A stretch of 64,000 nucleotides of DNA, from NCBI GenBank assembly GCA_046539325.1, contig JBKHHD010000001.1, forward strand, positions 32,001 to 96,000, read 5' to 3'. Position numbers and translations under genes: made by a program. Under the pieces are notes generated by a model that saw nothing but the letters and a program-made list of their open reading frames with translations, did no database searches and was not told the DNA's origin. This document shows positions 1-9,758 of the stretch, piece by piece (position 1 is the stretch's first letter; the number at the start of each line of letters is the position of its first letter). The DNA is from Candidatus Aenigmatarchaeota archaeon (GTDB lineage: Archaea; Aenigmatarchaeota; Aenigmatarchaeia; PWEA01).

Positions 1-208
1 TCTTCCTTGACTTTCTTCCTGACTTAAGTAAGACTTTCTTTCCAAGTAAATCACTCATATTTTCAGTAAGCTCTTTGTTTGCTTTTCCATTCTTGGCAGG
101 CTGAGAAAGCTTAACTTCTAATCTTTCTGTCCACTTGTTGAAGCCCTCGACAGAAAACTCATCTGAGTCTGGTTTCACCTTTACCTCAAGCAAGGTTTCC
201 TTTGACAT
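1..208 (-). CDS. DUF167/YggU (UPF0235) family protein, runs off window edge
   Basis: Manual translation from ATG 208: MSKETLLEVKVKPDSDEFSVEGFNKWTERLEVKLSQPAKNGKANKEL...SGRKSRK; VKP, P..GKAN.EL and G.KSR.K are DUF167 motifs. Not in ORF track. Confidence 0.8.
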   Translation of the reverse strand, partial: MSKETLLEVKVKPDSDEFSVEGFNKWTERLEVKLSQPAKNGKANKELTENMSDLLGKKVLLKSGRKSRK

Positions 209-271
209 ATCTTATAATCTATGAAACCAAGATTAAAAGAATGGTCTGTAGCTTAGTTGTTCTCTTACTTC

Positions 272-2257
272 CTATGAAACAACGTTATTACTGAAGACGC
301 CGCATTTCATCTCGTTCTCTACTTCACCGAGATGTTGCCTGAAGCGACCGAAGTTTCCGTTTTCAAGGGCATCGTTTGCCTTCTCAAGGTTGCAGACCAC
401 GTTGTGCGGATTAGTTATCTCGTCTCTCTTTAGTGCTTCCTTCACCCTTCTTGTAGTTTCAAAGAACTCCTTGTCAAGCTCCTTCTTCCTTGAAACCTTA
501 CGTTCGTTCTTCTCTTCCTCTACTAAAAAGGTCTGTTCAAACTTTTTGAAAACAACAGAAGCCTTCTCTCTACCTCTATCGCTTGCTAGAAGAAGTACGA
601 TGAAGATTGCAACTATTATTATTACTATGAAGCCCCATACTCTTCTGACACCTCTTATAAGGAGGCCTGTAACAGTCCTCCTTTCCATTTCATCCTCTCC
701 GTATGCCTGGATCATCTTCATCTCATCGAACCTTCCAGCTTCGATGTGGCCGTCAAAAGACATCTCTACTCTTCCTATCTGTCCTTCGTCCATCTCAAAT
801 ACCCAGGAAAACTTGGGGTTCTCTTCAATAACTTCCGTCGGCCCTGGGAAGGTCATAACTTCGTCCATGCTTTGAGCAACATCCTCCGGAATATCCATAG
901 TTAGGTTTACTTTTCTCTTCTCATCTGCGGAGTTCTTTACATTTACAGCTATCCTCGTCTCGTCTTCGTCCTCGTCGTAAAGGTACTCGGTACTGAAGTA
1001 TACGTCTCTGCTTACACCGTCAGCTGTTTCCTCTATTTTGTAAAGGGGCTCAGTCCTTTCCTTTACAGTCACTTCGACTTCCTGTGAATCTACTTTGCCT
1101 CTGTCGTCCTCGATCTCAAACAGTGCTGTGTAAACTCCAGGTTCCTCGTATACGTGTAGCGTTCTTCCAGTCTCCTCATCAACGTAGTCCCACTCACCAT
1201 CACCGTCGAAGTCCCACCTGTATTCAGTTATATCTCCTCCAAGGCTCACTCCTTCACCCCAAAAGAAGACGCCTATATCGTTCACGCCTCTGAGCTTTTC
1301 ATCGGTTACTGCGTTCGGCCTTACCTCTATATCCTTTGTTTCCTTGAACTGGGCTTCGCCGACCTTGTAGCGGTCGTCCCATTCAACAACAGCCCTGAAC
1401 CTGTACTCTGTATCTATACCCAGATCTCTCACTTCTTGCGAAAACTCTCCTTCGGAGGTCATCTCCTGTCTATCGGTCTCAACCCATTCGCCGTCACCGT
1501 TTCTGTATCTAAAGTAAACATCGACACTGTCCTCAAGTCCTATGTTTGTTAGCTCCGCAACCAGAACAGCTGAGTTATCTGTAACACTTTCAGCATACTT
1601 CGCTTCTACGGAAGGAAGGTCGTGGGCTTCAAATGACGTGGTAGCATTTCCTGCTTCGACGTGGTACTTTCCACTTTCCTTTGGAACGTATGAAGCACTG
1701 ACAGTTTTCGTCTCACCGGCCTCTACCTCAACTGTCTCAGAAATAACTGTTTTGTCGCTGACCTCGAAATCAACGGTTGTTTCACCGGTCTGTCCTCCAA
1801 CGTTTTCTACGTCCAGTTTAAGGTTGGTTTGGTCGTCCACGTAGACCTTTTCAGGATCCACTCTAAGGTTACTGAACTTGAATTCAGCGGGATTCTTTTC
1901 AGTTTCAAAGATAAGATCTTCCTCACCGATCCACTCCACCACTACCTGGAATTCGTAATTTTCATCAGAATCTATATCCGTAATAATCTTGGAGTAAGTG
2001 CCTTCAGAACTCATGGTTCTTTCGTCAGTTTTGGTCCATCCCTTGCGTCCTTCCTCTCGATAACGGAAGTAGACATCAATCTCTTCAAGCTCCGCAAGAT
2101 CCACAACATCTGCGTGCACAGTTACAGGATCATATGTAAGGCTCCCTTCGATTACGGGTTTTTGCCTTTCCTCGGCTGAAACATAAGAACTTATGGCAAT
2201 AGCAAAGGCTCCAATCAAAACAAGCGCCATCAAAGCTCCAGCTATCTTGTATTTCAT
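272..2257 (-). CDS. Membrane-anchored cell-surface protein (signal peptide, 2 FN3-like repeats, CARDB-like Ig, PKD domain, TM, cytoplasmic tail)
   Basis: Hydrophobic N-terminus; duplicated DVYFRYR...W..T...M.SEG..S..I.D...Y.F..VVEW; VENVGGQTG (CARDB-like); YRWDFDGDGEWD...HVYEEPGVY (PKD); TM WGFIVIIIVAIFIVLLLA. Start at 2257 or 2269. Confidence 0.8.
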   Translation of the reverse strand: MKYKIAGALMALVLIGAFAIAISSYVSAEERQKPVIEGSLTYDPVTVHADVVDLAELEEIDVYFRYREEGRKGWTKTDERTMSSEGTYSKIITDIDSDENYEFQVVVEWIGEEDLIFETEKNPAEFKFSNLRVDPEKVYVDDQTNLKLDVENVGGQTGETTVDFEVSDKTVISETVEVEAGETKTVSASYVPKESGKYHVEAGNATTSFEAHDLPSVEAKYAESVTDNSAVLVAELTNIGLEDSVDVYFRYRNGDGEWVETDRQEMTSEGEFSQEVRDLGIDTEYRFRAVVEWDDRYKVGEAQFKETKDIEVRPNAVTDEKLRGVNDIGVFFWGEGVSLGGDITEYRWDFDGDGEWDYVDEETGRTLHVYEEPGVYTALFEIEDDRGKVDSQEVEVTVKERTEPLYKIEETADGVSRDVYFSTEYLYDEDEDETRIAVNVKNSADEKRKVNLTMDIPEDVAQSMDEVMTFPGPTEVIEENPKFSWVFEMDEGQIGRVEMSFDGHIEAGRFDEMKMIQAYGEDEMERRTVTGLLIRGVRRVWGFIVIIIVAIFIVLLLASDRGREKASVVFKKFEQTFLVEEEKNERKVSRKKELDKEFFETTRRVKEALKRDEITNPHNVVCNLEKANDALENGNFGRFRQHLGEVENEMKCGVFSNNVVS

Positions 2258-2399
2258 ATATACCCCCATTGAGTTTCTACTGAACTGTTACAACTAATCG
2301 ATAGAAAAATTTAAATATCTTGAGTAAGTTCGCCAAGGAAAATATCACACTAAAAACTAGTTCGGTAAAAAGTTGGGTTTCTTTATCCTTTTAACACAT

Positions 2400-2504
2400 T
2401 CATTCTGGAATTTTTTCGTCCATGTACTCCATCAAGAGATGGTCGTGATCTCCCTTGAGATCTTTGCGGGAAGTCAAGGAGTATTCTTCGTCATTTAACC
2501 CGAT
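2400..2504 (-). CDS. Putative 34-aa acidic microprotein with ATC start
   Basis: AGGTGA-taat-ATC GGG TTA... gives (M)GLNDEEYSLTSRKDLKGDHDHLLMEYMDEKIPE*; TATA-like TATTTAAG at about 2544-2537. Confidence 0.35.
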   Translation of the reverse strand: MGLNDEEYSLTSRKDLKGDHDHLLMEYMDEKIPE

Positions 2505-2618
2505 ATTATCACCTACCCAAAGGTTGTTAGAAAAAGCTTAAATAGTTTGAGACGCTTTATCCGGTCGAAGTTTCAGCAACAAGGTATAAATGCCTTGAAA
2601 CCCAATAATTACGGTGCT

Positions 2619-4094
2619 ATGAAACAAATAAAACTGCTTTTAGGAATAGTACTGGCCTTTAGCGTTCTGGTAGTACCTGTTGCAGCACAGGAGGAGGATG
2701 TTGACAGGGTTCTGCTAGCAAGCGAGGCGAACTATCCCGACGCTGTAGTCGGAAGTTCCGTCTCGGAGAAGCTTTCAGTACCCGTAGTTTTAACGGATGT
2801 TGATCAGATTCCCGAAGAAGCCGAAGGTGCTATCGAAGAGTACGCTCCGGAAGAAGTCGTAGTCATCGGAGGACCATCCGTTGTTTCCGACGAGATTGTT
2901 GATCAGTTGGAAGAGGACTACAATGTGAGCAGGCTCTGGGGAGTTACAAGGTATAGGACCGCCCAGGAGGTAATGGAGAGGTTCTGGCCTGAGGGAACGG
3001 ATGAGGCGGTTCTAGTTGAAGATAACATCGAAGACAAAGGGGGTGAAGTCCTCGCCAAGGCGAGAGATCTCGCAGGCGAAAGACCTGTTATCCCGATTCC
3101 TGAGGGTAAGATTCCTGCAGGAGTTTTGAACCAGCTTGAAGAAATGGATACAAATGAAGTAGATGTGGTCGCAACAGAGATCAGCGAAGAGATGAGACAG
3201 GATCTTGAGGAAGTTGACGTAGGTTTAGGCGAAGAGGTGACTGCCCAGAATAGGGAGCAGCTCAAAGAAGAAGTCCAGGACAGAACAAGAGAAGACCTAG
3301 AAGGAGAGGACAGCCTCCTTGCTGTGGCTTCTCAAGGACACAGAGATGTGATCTCCGGTTTGAACTCGCCTGGAAGACCTCGCTACATGATTAGCAGCGA
3401 AGAGGAAATTCAGGGGCTTGTAGACCTGGTAGGCGAGGAAGACATACAGGAGGTCAAAATCGTAGGAGATCCCGACCTTACAGGGGAGATCGCAGATGCT
3501 CTCGAGGAAACGGATGCGAACGTTGATCTAGTTGTAGAAAGAGCCTCAACGGCCGTTGCACAGGCTTCCGAGCTCGCGAGGGAAAACAGACCGGACTTCG
3601 CGGAGAAGTTCGCACAGAAGAACGAACAGTGGGAACAGAGGGTCCAGGAAAGAGAAGTCGAAATCGAAGAAAGAGTCCGTAAGGAACTCAACAGAACCAA
3701 AGGAGCCACGGAGGACTGGGACGGAACCGAGCTCGAAGGCAAAGTCGAGGAAGCCGAGGAAGCGATGGAGCAAGGCGATTACCAGGAAGCAATGGAGATA
3801 GCCCAGGAAGCCAGGTCTGAAGCCAGAAAGATGAGATACGAGGAGTTCAAAGACTACCCCGAAGATGTGAACAGAGAGGTCAGAAAGGAGATGATGAACA
3901 TCCGCGAGAGGACCCAGGAGCTCAGAGAGATAAATCAGGAGTTCGGAGATAGAATGCAGAACAACATGACCATGGAGGGAAGACTGGAGACGATAGAGAA
4001 CGTACGTGAAAGGCGCCATGAAAAGGTCGGCGAGCTCCTTGAGGACGCTATGCGCAGAGGACGCGAAAAGGCCAAACCCTCTTTTATTTTATAA
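2619..4094 (+). CDS. Secreted cell wall-binding repeat 2 (CWB2)-domain protein with C-terminal coiled coil
   Basis: Signal peptide from ATG 2619; NYPDAVVGSSVSEKLSVPVVLT, VVVIGGPSVVS and RLWGVTRYRTA match CW_binding_2 signatures; E/R-rich helical tail. Confidence 0.8.
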   Translation: MKQIKLLLGIVLAFSVLVVPVAAQEEDVDRVLLASEANYPDAVVGSSVSEKLSVPVVLTDVDQIPEEAEGAIEEYAPEEVVVIGGPSVVSDEIVDQLEEDYNVSRLWGVTRYRTAQEVMERFWPEGTDEAVLVEDNIEDKGGEVLAKARDLAGERPVIPIPEGKIPAGVLNQLEEMDTNEVDVVATEISEEMRQDLEEVDVGLGEEVTAQNREQLKEEVQDRTREDLEGEDSLLAVASQGHRDVISGLNSPGRPRYMISSEEEIQGLVDLVGEEDIQEVKIVGDPDLTGEIADALEETDANVDLVVERASTAVAQASELARENRPDFAEKFAQKNEQWEQRVQEREVEIEERVRKELNRTKGATEDWDGTELEGKVEEAEEAMEQGDYQEAMEIAQEARSEARKMRYEEFKDYPEDVNREVRKEMMNIRERTQELREINQEFGDRMQNNMTMEGRLETIENVRERRHEKVGELLEDAMRRGREKAKPSFIL

Positions 4095-4124
4095 TTTTTA
4101 AATTCTCCAGACTAAATAGTTCTT

Positions 4125-5384
4125 ATGCTGATAAAGGACGCGCGCTTCGTACTTACACCAGACGGGGTCCTTGAGAACGAAAACGTCTTGATCGAAGGAA
4201 ACCGAATAGCTTCTATCGGTGACACAGATAAGAGTGGAGAGGTGATAGACGCCTCCGGTTGTGCAGTTCTCCCGGGCATGATTAACATGCACACCCATGC
4301 CTCCATGAACCTGTTACGTGGTGTTGCAGACGACATGGAGTTCTGGGATGCGTGGCCCGAGATCGTCTGGCCGCTGGAGGAGAAGCTGGACGGTGAGAAG
4401 TGTTACTGGGGCGCCATGAAGGCGTTCGTTGAAATGTTAAAGACCGGTACGACATGTTTCAACGATATGTACTTCTTCATGGACAGAGTCGCTGAAGCAG
4501 CCGAAGAAATCGGTCTTCGTGGATACCTCGGACATGGAATGCTGGACAACGGCGACGAGGAGAAGCGTGAAGAGGATATAGAGGAGATGGAAAGAGTCAT
4601 AGAAGTTCTAAACGAGGACTTCTCGAACAGAATAAAACCTGTCGTTACTCCCCATTCGCCCGGAACCTGCTCCGAGGAGCTGCTTCTGGAATCAAAGGAT
4701 ATATCCCAAAGAGAGGATCTGCCCTTACATATGCATGTAGCCGAGACCGAAAAGGAAGTAAAGGACGTCAAAAACGAGGTAGGGAAACATCCAATCGAGT
4801 ATTTGGACGAACTAGGACTTCTGAACAAGAGGTTTATAGGCGCCCACGCCGTTCATCTGGAAAGGAAACATATGAAGTTGCTGGCACAAAGTGGCGCGTC
4901 GGTGGTTCATAATCCTTGCTCCAATATGAAGCTCGCCTCGGGAATATCCCCGGTTGCTGATATGATCAAAGAGGGAGTCAACGTGACCTTAGGAACGGAC
5001 GGCGTTGTCTCAAACAACAACCTGGACATGTTTGAGGAAATGAAGATCGCAAGCCTGTTGCAAAAGGCCGACCGTTCTGATCCAACTGTGATGGCTGCTG
5101 AGGGGAGTTTAAAGCTTCCCTGGAGCAACGCAGGGAAGGCGGTTGGGGAAGAAATTGGCGAGATAAAGGAGGGTTACCTCGCGGATCTGATTCTCATAGA
5201 CCTGGACGACGTTAAGATGAAACCGATGCATAGTTTGACCTCGAACCTTGTATACTCCGGCGCGAAGGTCAATACTTCTATAGTAGATGGTGAGGTGGTG
5301 ATGGAGGATGGGAAGCTGAAGAAGGTCGATGAAGAGAAAATCAAAGCGAAGGCGAAGAAGGTTGCGAATGAGTTGGTTTCCTGA
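4125..5384 (+). CDS. mtaD: Amidohydrolase, 5'-methylthioadenosine/S-adenosylhomocysteine deaminase-like
   Basis: PGMINMHTH, HMHVAET, HNPCSNMKLASG, LGTDG motifs. Confidence 0.85.
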   Translation: MLIKDARFVLTPDGVLENENVLIEGNRIASIGDTDKSGEVIDASGCAVLPGMINMHTHASMNLLRGVADDMEFWDAWPEIVWPLEEKLDGEKCYWGAMKAFVEMLKTGTTCFNDMYFFMDRVAEAAEEIGLRGYLGHGMLDNGDEEKREEDIEEMERVIEVLNEDFSNRIKPVVTPHSPGTCSEELLLESKDISQREDLPLHMHVAETEKEVKDVKNEVGKHPIEYLDELGLLNKRFIGAHAVHLERKHMKLLAQSGASVVHNPCSNMKLASGISPVADMIKEGVNVTLGTDGVVSNNNLDMFEEMKIASLLQKADRSDPTVMAAEGSLKLPWSNAGKAVGEEIGEIKEGYLADLILIDLDDVKMKPMHSLTSNLVYSGAKVNTSIVDGEVVMEDGKLKKVDEEKIKAKAKKVANELVS

Positions 5385-5428
5385 ATTCTTTATAATAGTT
5401 TTAAACTCCAGGATAAAATAAGAGGCAT

Positions 5429-5833
5429 ATGTGGGAAGAAGGAATACTGTTCTTCATAGGATGTCAGTTGATTCCGACGCCACCTTCGCCTTGCGCAGAC
5501 TTCGGTGGGCAGTTTCTCCTATCTCTTCTGATAGGCCTCATGGCACCCAAATGGCTCATCAGACCTGTCTACCAGACTTTCAGCACTTTAGGAAGACTTA
5601 TCAAGTTCCTCTTTGGCTGGATTCCACTTCTTGGAAAAGTAGTTTACGGTGTCGAAAACCTTCTGAATAGATTCTTTGAGTTCGCTTCAAAGGAAAGGGA
5701 GTCTGATAACTTTATTTTGGATAAACTGTACAGGATGTTACTCAGGGAGGACATCATACAAAGGATCGTCTTCGGATACTTCGTAACCATAACAACAGGC
5801 TCGATTTTCCTTCTTCTTGCAGTCGTAATATGA
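5429..5833 (+). CDS. Hypothetical membrane protein
   Basis: 134-aa ORF with several hydrophobic segments; ATG about 30 nt after TTTTAAAC box. Confidence 0.6.
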   Translation: MWEEGILFFIGCQLIPTPPSPCADFGGQFLLSLLIGLMAPKWLIRPVYQTFSTLGRLIKFLFGWIPLLGKVVYGVENLLNRFFEFASKERESDNFILDKLYRMLLREDIIQRIVFGYFVTITTGSIFLLLAVVI

Positions 5834-5900
5834 CTTATCGTCAGGCATTCGTATCGAACCGTTAAATTTATAAGTCTTATACTTACACGTTGTTAACCCT

Positions 5901-6362
5901 ATGAAAAAAGATAATAAAAAGATATTACTTGAACTCCTCCAAGACGGAAGGAAGAATATCTCGGATATAGCAGAGGAGTTGGACATATCGAGACAGACTG
6001 TGAGTAAGAAGATAAAGGAGATGGAGGAGGAAGGTATAATAAAATCCTTCACACCCAACCTGAACGAGAACTTACTGGACCTTAGAACAAAAGCGTACAT
6101 TATACTTGAGATCGCGCCTTGTTCTGAGCTGAGACATGAGTTTGTCCAGGAAGCAAAGGATATGGAAAATATAAGCCAAATCCATCATACTTTCGGTAGA
6201 TTTGATATGGTTCTCGAAGTTCTTGTAGAGGGTGATAAGGAACTGGACGAAATACTTGACAAGGTAAGGGACTTTGAAGCCGTAGAGGAAACGGAGACAC
6301 TTATCTGTAAGTATACGGAAAAGAACAAGCCAGAAGATCCCTTTAGGACAGTGCTAGAATAA
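5901..6362 (+). CDS. Lrp/AsnC family transcriptional regulator
   Basis: LLQDGRKNISDIAEELDISRQTVSKKIKEMEEEGII HTH; C-terminal RAM domain TFGRFD. Confidence 0.92.
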   Translation: MKKDNKKILLELLQDGRKNISDIAEELDISRQTVSKKIKEMEEEGIIKSFTPNLNENLLDLRTKAYIILEIAPCSELRHEFVQEAKDMENISQIHHTFGRFDMVLEVLVEGDKELDEILDKVRDFEAVEETETLICKYTEKNKPEDPFRTVLE

Positions 6363-6382
6363 AGGATCTTAGGTAAATAAGA

Positions 6383-7300
6383 TCAGATCTCTTCTCTGAA
6401 CTGACAGGCCTTACAGACGTCACCACTGGTTATTTCTCCACACTCCTCGCAACTTCTAACCGAAGGTTCGTCCTCTGAAAACTTATCCTTTAGAAGAGGA
6501 AGTAGTTTGTCGAAGGCACGAAGAGCTGTAAACTTTGTCGAAGGTCTCTTCCTCTCCATTTCATTGAGAAAGTCTCTGACATCAAAGCGCAGACTGTCCT
6601 CAACGTAAGGACATTCCGTCTGGTGTAGCTCCAAGTTTCTTAGCCTGCCGTAAAGGGCTATTTCCTTCTCGGGAGTTTCACGAAACGGCTTTACCCTCGG
6701 CACAAACTTCTCGTCATCGATTACAGCAGGCTTGGCACCAAGCCTTACCATCCTTTTCATATTACCCTTGAGGTAGTTCATGAAGACGCTTTGGAGCTCA
6801 TCGTCCATGTTGTGAGCTGTAGCTAGCTTATCTGCTCCGATCTCTCTGCTCTTCTTATTCAGGAGCCAGCGCCTCAGTACGCCGCAGTAAGTACATCCAT
6901 GGTTTTTGTCCTTCATGACATCATCCAAGGTCTTTCCAAACTCCTCCCTGAAGGAAGCTATATGGAGCTCCACGTCCAGTTCATTGCAAAGCTCCTCCGC
7001 TATCTCTATACTTTCGTCCCTGTAGTTATCTATGCCTTCGTCTATCGTAAGAGCTGTAAGCTCCGCATTCCTCCAGTCCTCGAAAAGTTCTGTGAGGAAA
7101 AGTAACAGTGCGGAGGAGTCCATGCCACCGGAGAGAGCAACGCACACCTTGTCATCGTTCTCAAAGAGCTCGTTCTCCCTTATTGTGTCTTTGACCAGCG
7201 ACTCAAACTGTTCCTTAAAATGTTCGGAGCACCAGGACTTCCCTTCGTACTTTCTGTGAATAACTGCTGTGTCTCCGCATTTCCAACATTCAGAGCTCAA
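6383..7300 (-). CDS. ncsA: tRNA 2-thiouridine synthase NcsA/TtuA
   Basis: PP-loop ALSGGMDS, CTYCGVLRR, TAHNMDD, ECPY, terminal Zn fingers; directly downstream of a SAMP gene. TTG 7300 is the likely start. Confidence 0.9.
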   Translation of the reverse strand: MSSECWKCGDTAVIHRKYEGKSWCSEHFKEQFESLVKDTIRENELFENDDKVCVALSGGMDSSALLLFLTELFEDWRNAELTALTIDEGIDNYRDESIEIAEELCNELDVELHIASFREEFGKTLDDVMKDKNHGCTYCGVLRRWLLNKKSREIGADKLATAHNMDDELQSVFMNYLKGNMKRMVRLGAKPAVIDDEKFVPRVKPFRETPEKEIALYGRLRNLELHQTECPYVEDSLRFDVRDFLNEMERKRPSTKFTALRAFDKLLPLLKDKFSEDEPSVRSCEECGEITSGDVCKACQFREEI

Positions 7301-7304
7301 GCTT

Positions 7305-7505
7305 TCAGCCCCCCGAAACCACATTTATCAGACGTATTTTATCGTCACCTTCCAGCTTCTCTTCTAATGAAACCACTTCCTCGTCCTTCTCGACTATAAC
7401 TGTTTCAGGATTTACATCTATTTTATCAAATATATCCCGGACTCTGTCGTCTTCTCTTAGCTTCAGTTCTTCTTCATTATCTTCCCAGGAAACCTTCACA
7501 GACAT
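7305..7505 (-). CDS. Ubiquitin-like sulfur carrier (SAMP2/ThiS/MoaD family)
   Basis: About 66 aa beta-grasp ending VVSGG; operonic with ncsA. Confidence 0.9.
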   Translation of the reverse strand: MSVKVSWEDNEEELKLREDDRVRDIFDKIDVNPETVIVEKDEEVVSLEEKLEGDDKIRLINVVSGG

Positions 7506-7547
7506 ACCCAAAAACTGTTCCGTTCAGACTTAAATAGGTTGAGATGT

Positions 7548-8219
7548 TCAGAAACGAACTGTCCAGTATATGGTAGAAGCGAAAGGAGAAAGAAAATCTA
7601 CAGTTTTCTTGTCGGCCTGGTTAAGTCTCTTCGCAAAGCCGTGTGGCATCACCTGATATATACCATAGGGCACAAGGAAATGTGAGTCGTATTCAACGTT
7701 CTTGACGAAGTTCAGGTCCTCTATGATCTTTTTCAGGTAAGAGGTTCTGAAAAGGTAGCTCCTCTGCGGCAGATACCACTGATACGTTGCTCTTAGACTC
7801 ATAGGATTTAAGCTCTCAAAGACAAACTTCCCGCTGGTAACTCTCTCGACTTCTTTGAGGAATTTCGGAACTTGCTTAGGACGTAGCAAATGCAAGAAGC
7901 GCATGCTTGTAGATATGTCGAATGATTTGTCCTTGAAGGGTAAGTTTAACGCGTCGCCTACAAGGTAGTCGGCCCTTCCAGGCTTCAGCATCTCCATGCT
8001 GGCATCAAGGCCTGTTACCTCTCCACCGGTAGCTTCCATCGCCTCTGCAAACCTTCCGGTTCCTGTAGCTATATCCAGAACTTTCTTGTCTTCGGGATCA
8101 ACTAACTCGAGGAGCTTCTCTATTTCCTCTCTGTTGAGTACCTTTCCGCCATGTGTAAACCTTTTATCATACCTGGATGCGACCTCCTCCCTGCGATACC
8201 ACTCCTGTCCAAGCTTCAT
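7548..8219 (-). CDS. Class I SAM-dependent methyltransferase
   Basis: VLDIATGTG, GLDASMEML, GDALNLPFKDKSFD. Confidence 0.9.
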   Translation of the reverse strand: MKLGQEWYRREEVASRYDKRFTHGGKVLNREEIEKLLELVDPEDKKVLDIATGTGRFAEAMEATGGEVTGLDASMEMLKPGRADYLVGDALNLPFKDKSFDISTSMRFLHLLRPKQVPKFLKEVERVTSGKFVFESLNPMSLRATYQWYLPQRSYLFRTSYLKKIIEDLNFVKNVEYDSHFLVPYGIYQVMPHGFAKRLNQADKKTVDFLSPFASTIYWTVRF

Positions 8220-8253
8220 AAGGTATTTATATTGCTATGGCTAACTTAAAAAT

Positions 8254-9150
8254 ATGGGTAAGATGAAGGGTTCAGATAAAGCCAAGAATCCCAAGATCCC
8301 TGAGTCGGAGGTAAAGAGGGCTGTGGAGGAAAGCTACCTTAGCAACACAATTTCACAGAACTCCGACTGCGAAAACGCTCACTTCAGCAGTGTAATAAAA
8401 GAGATAGATGGAGAAGATGAAGAAACTTACCTCGTAAAGATAAGGCCGCCCCTTTTCTCTATATACGGACTTCTCAGTAACCTTTCAAGGGCATTTTCCG
8501 GTATAAATAACACAAAAATAATGGACAATGAGAAGTGGGTAAGAAGAGAGGTCGAACATTTTAAGGAACTCTACCCTGAGATGGTCGCCGATGATGTAGA
8601 TCTTGAAAACGCCTTCCTCATGGAGAAGATAGACGGAGAAGTAGCGAGCAGGGTTCTCTCCTCAGTCCACGTCGATCCGGAGGAAAAGGTAGAAGTAATA
8701 CGTGAGATGACAAAGGCTTTGAAGCTCCTGCATGAGAAAGATAGATTTCACGGTGAGCCCAACACGGAAAACTGCATAATAGGCGACGACGGTGACGTTT
8801 ACTGGATAGATTTTGAGACAGAGTACGATGAAAGCCTTAAAGAAGAAGAAAAGAGGGCGAAGGACCTGGAGCAGCTTATGCTTTCCGTCCTTGGAGCCTT
8901 TAACGAAGAGGGCGAAGTAGGCATGGATGATAAAGAAATAATTGAGAAAATTCTTGAGGTCTACGATGACGAAGAAATAATTTCTGTTGTAGAGAACGAC
9001 CCAAGTCTACCTCTCATAGGACCACACAGAGTCTATCAGTTTTCCTGTAACTCAGTAATGAGGTTTTACAGAGCGCAAAAGAACATTATGGACTACTTCG
9101 ATGATACTGAGAAACTGGATCTGGAAGACATATTCAGCTTTTCCTCCTGA
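8254..9150 (+). CDS. Atypical protein-kinase-like (RIO/Bud32/Kdo-type) protein
   Basis: LVKIR, LMEKIDG, LHEKDRFHGEPNTEN, YWIDFE, KDLEQL resemble kinase subdomains. Confidence 0.65.
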   Translation: MGKMKGSDKAKNPKIPESEVKRAVEESYLSNTISQNSDCENAHFSSVIKEIDGEDEETYLVKIRPPLFSIYGLLSNLSRAFSGINNTKIMDNEKWVRREVEHFKELYPEMVADDVDLENAFLMEKIDGEVASRVLSSVHVDPEEKVEVIREMTKALKLLHEKDRFHGEPNTENCIIGDDGDVYWIDFETEYDESLKEEEKRAKDLEQLMLSVLGAFNEEGEVGMDDKEIIEKILEVYDDEEIISVVENDPSLPLIGPHRVYQFSCNSVMRFYRAQKNIMDYFDDTEKLDLEDIFSFSS

Positions 9151-9199
9151 CATTTTCCTTCAAAAGTTATTTATACCAAGCCTGACTTTAATTTAAGCT

Positions 9200-9754
9200 A
9201 TGTTGGACGAAAAGCGAGCTTATGAAAAGGTAAAGGAAAACGTCGACACGGAAAACCTTAGGAAGCATATGTATGCTGTTTCTGCAATAATGGAAAGACT
9301 CGCTGAGGAGTTCGGTGAGGATGAGGAAAAGTGGAAACTCGTAGGTCTTCTCCATGACGTTGACTACGAAGAAACAAAGGACAATCCCGAAGAGCACGCT
9401 CTGAAGTCGGCTGAGATGCTTGAGGAAGATCTACCCGAGGACTGCCTCCGTGCGATAAAGGCTCATAACTCTATGCACACGGAAGTAGAACCTGAAAGCA
9501 AGATGTCGAACTCTCTTATAGCTGCCGATGCAATCTCAGGTCTGATTGTGGCTACAGCACTCGTCATGCCTAACTCGACGCTGGAGGAGGTCCGTGTCGA
9601 ATCGGTTATGAAGAAGATGGATGACAGCTCCTTCGCGAAGAACATAGACAGGGACAGAATACGTTACTGCGAAAAAATAGGCCTGGAGTTGGAGGAGTTC
9701 GTAGAACTTTCACTGGAAGCGATGGAAGATATTCACGGTAAGCTAGGGTTATAA
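9200..9754 (+). CDS. HDIG/HD-domain phosphohydrolase
   Basis: [28 protein letters not shown]. Confidence 0.9.
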   Translation: MLDEKRAYEKVKENVDTENLRKHMYAVSAIMERLAEEFGEDEEKWKLVGLLHDVDYEETKDNPEEHALKSAEMLEEDLPEDCLRAIKAHNSMHTEVEPESKMSNSLIAADAISGLIVATALVMPNSTLEEVRVESVMKKMDDSSFAKNIDRDRIRYCEKIGLELEEFVELSLEAMEDIHGKLGL

Positions 9755-9758
9755 GGCC

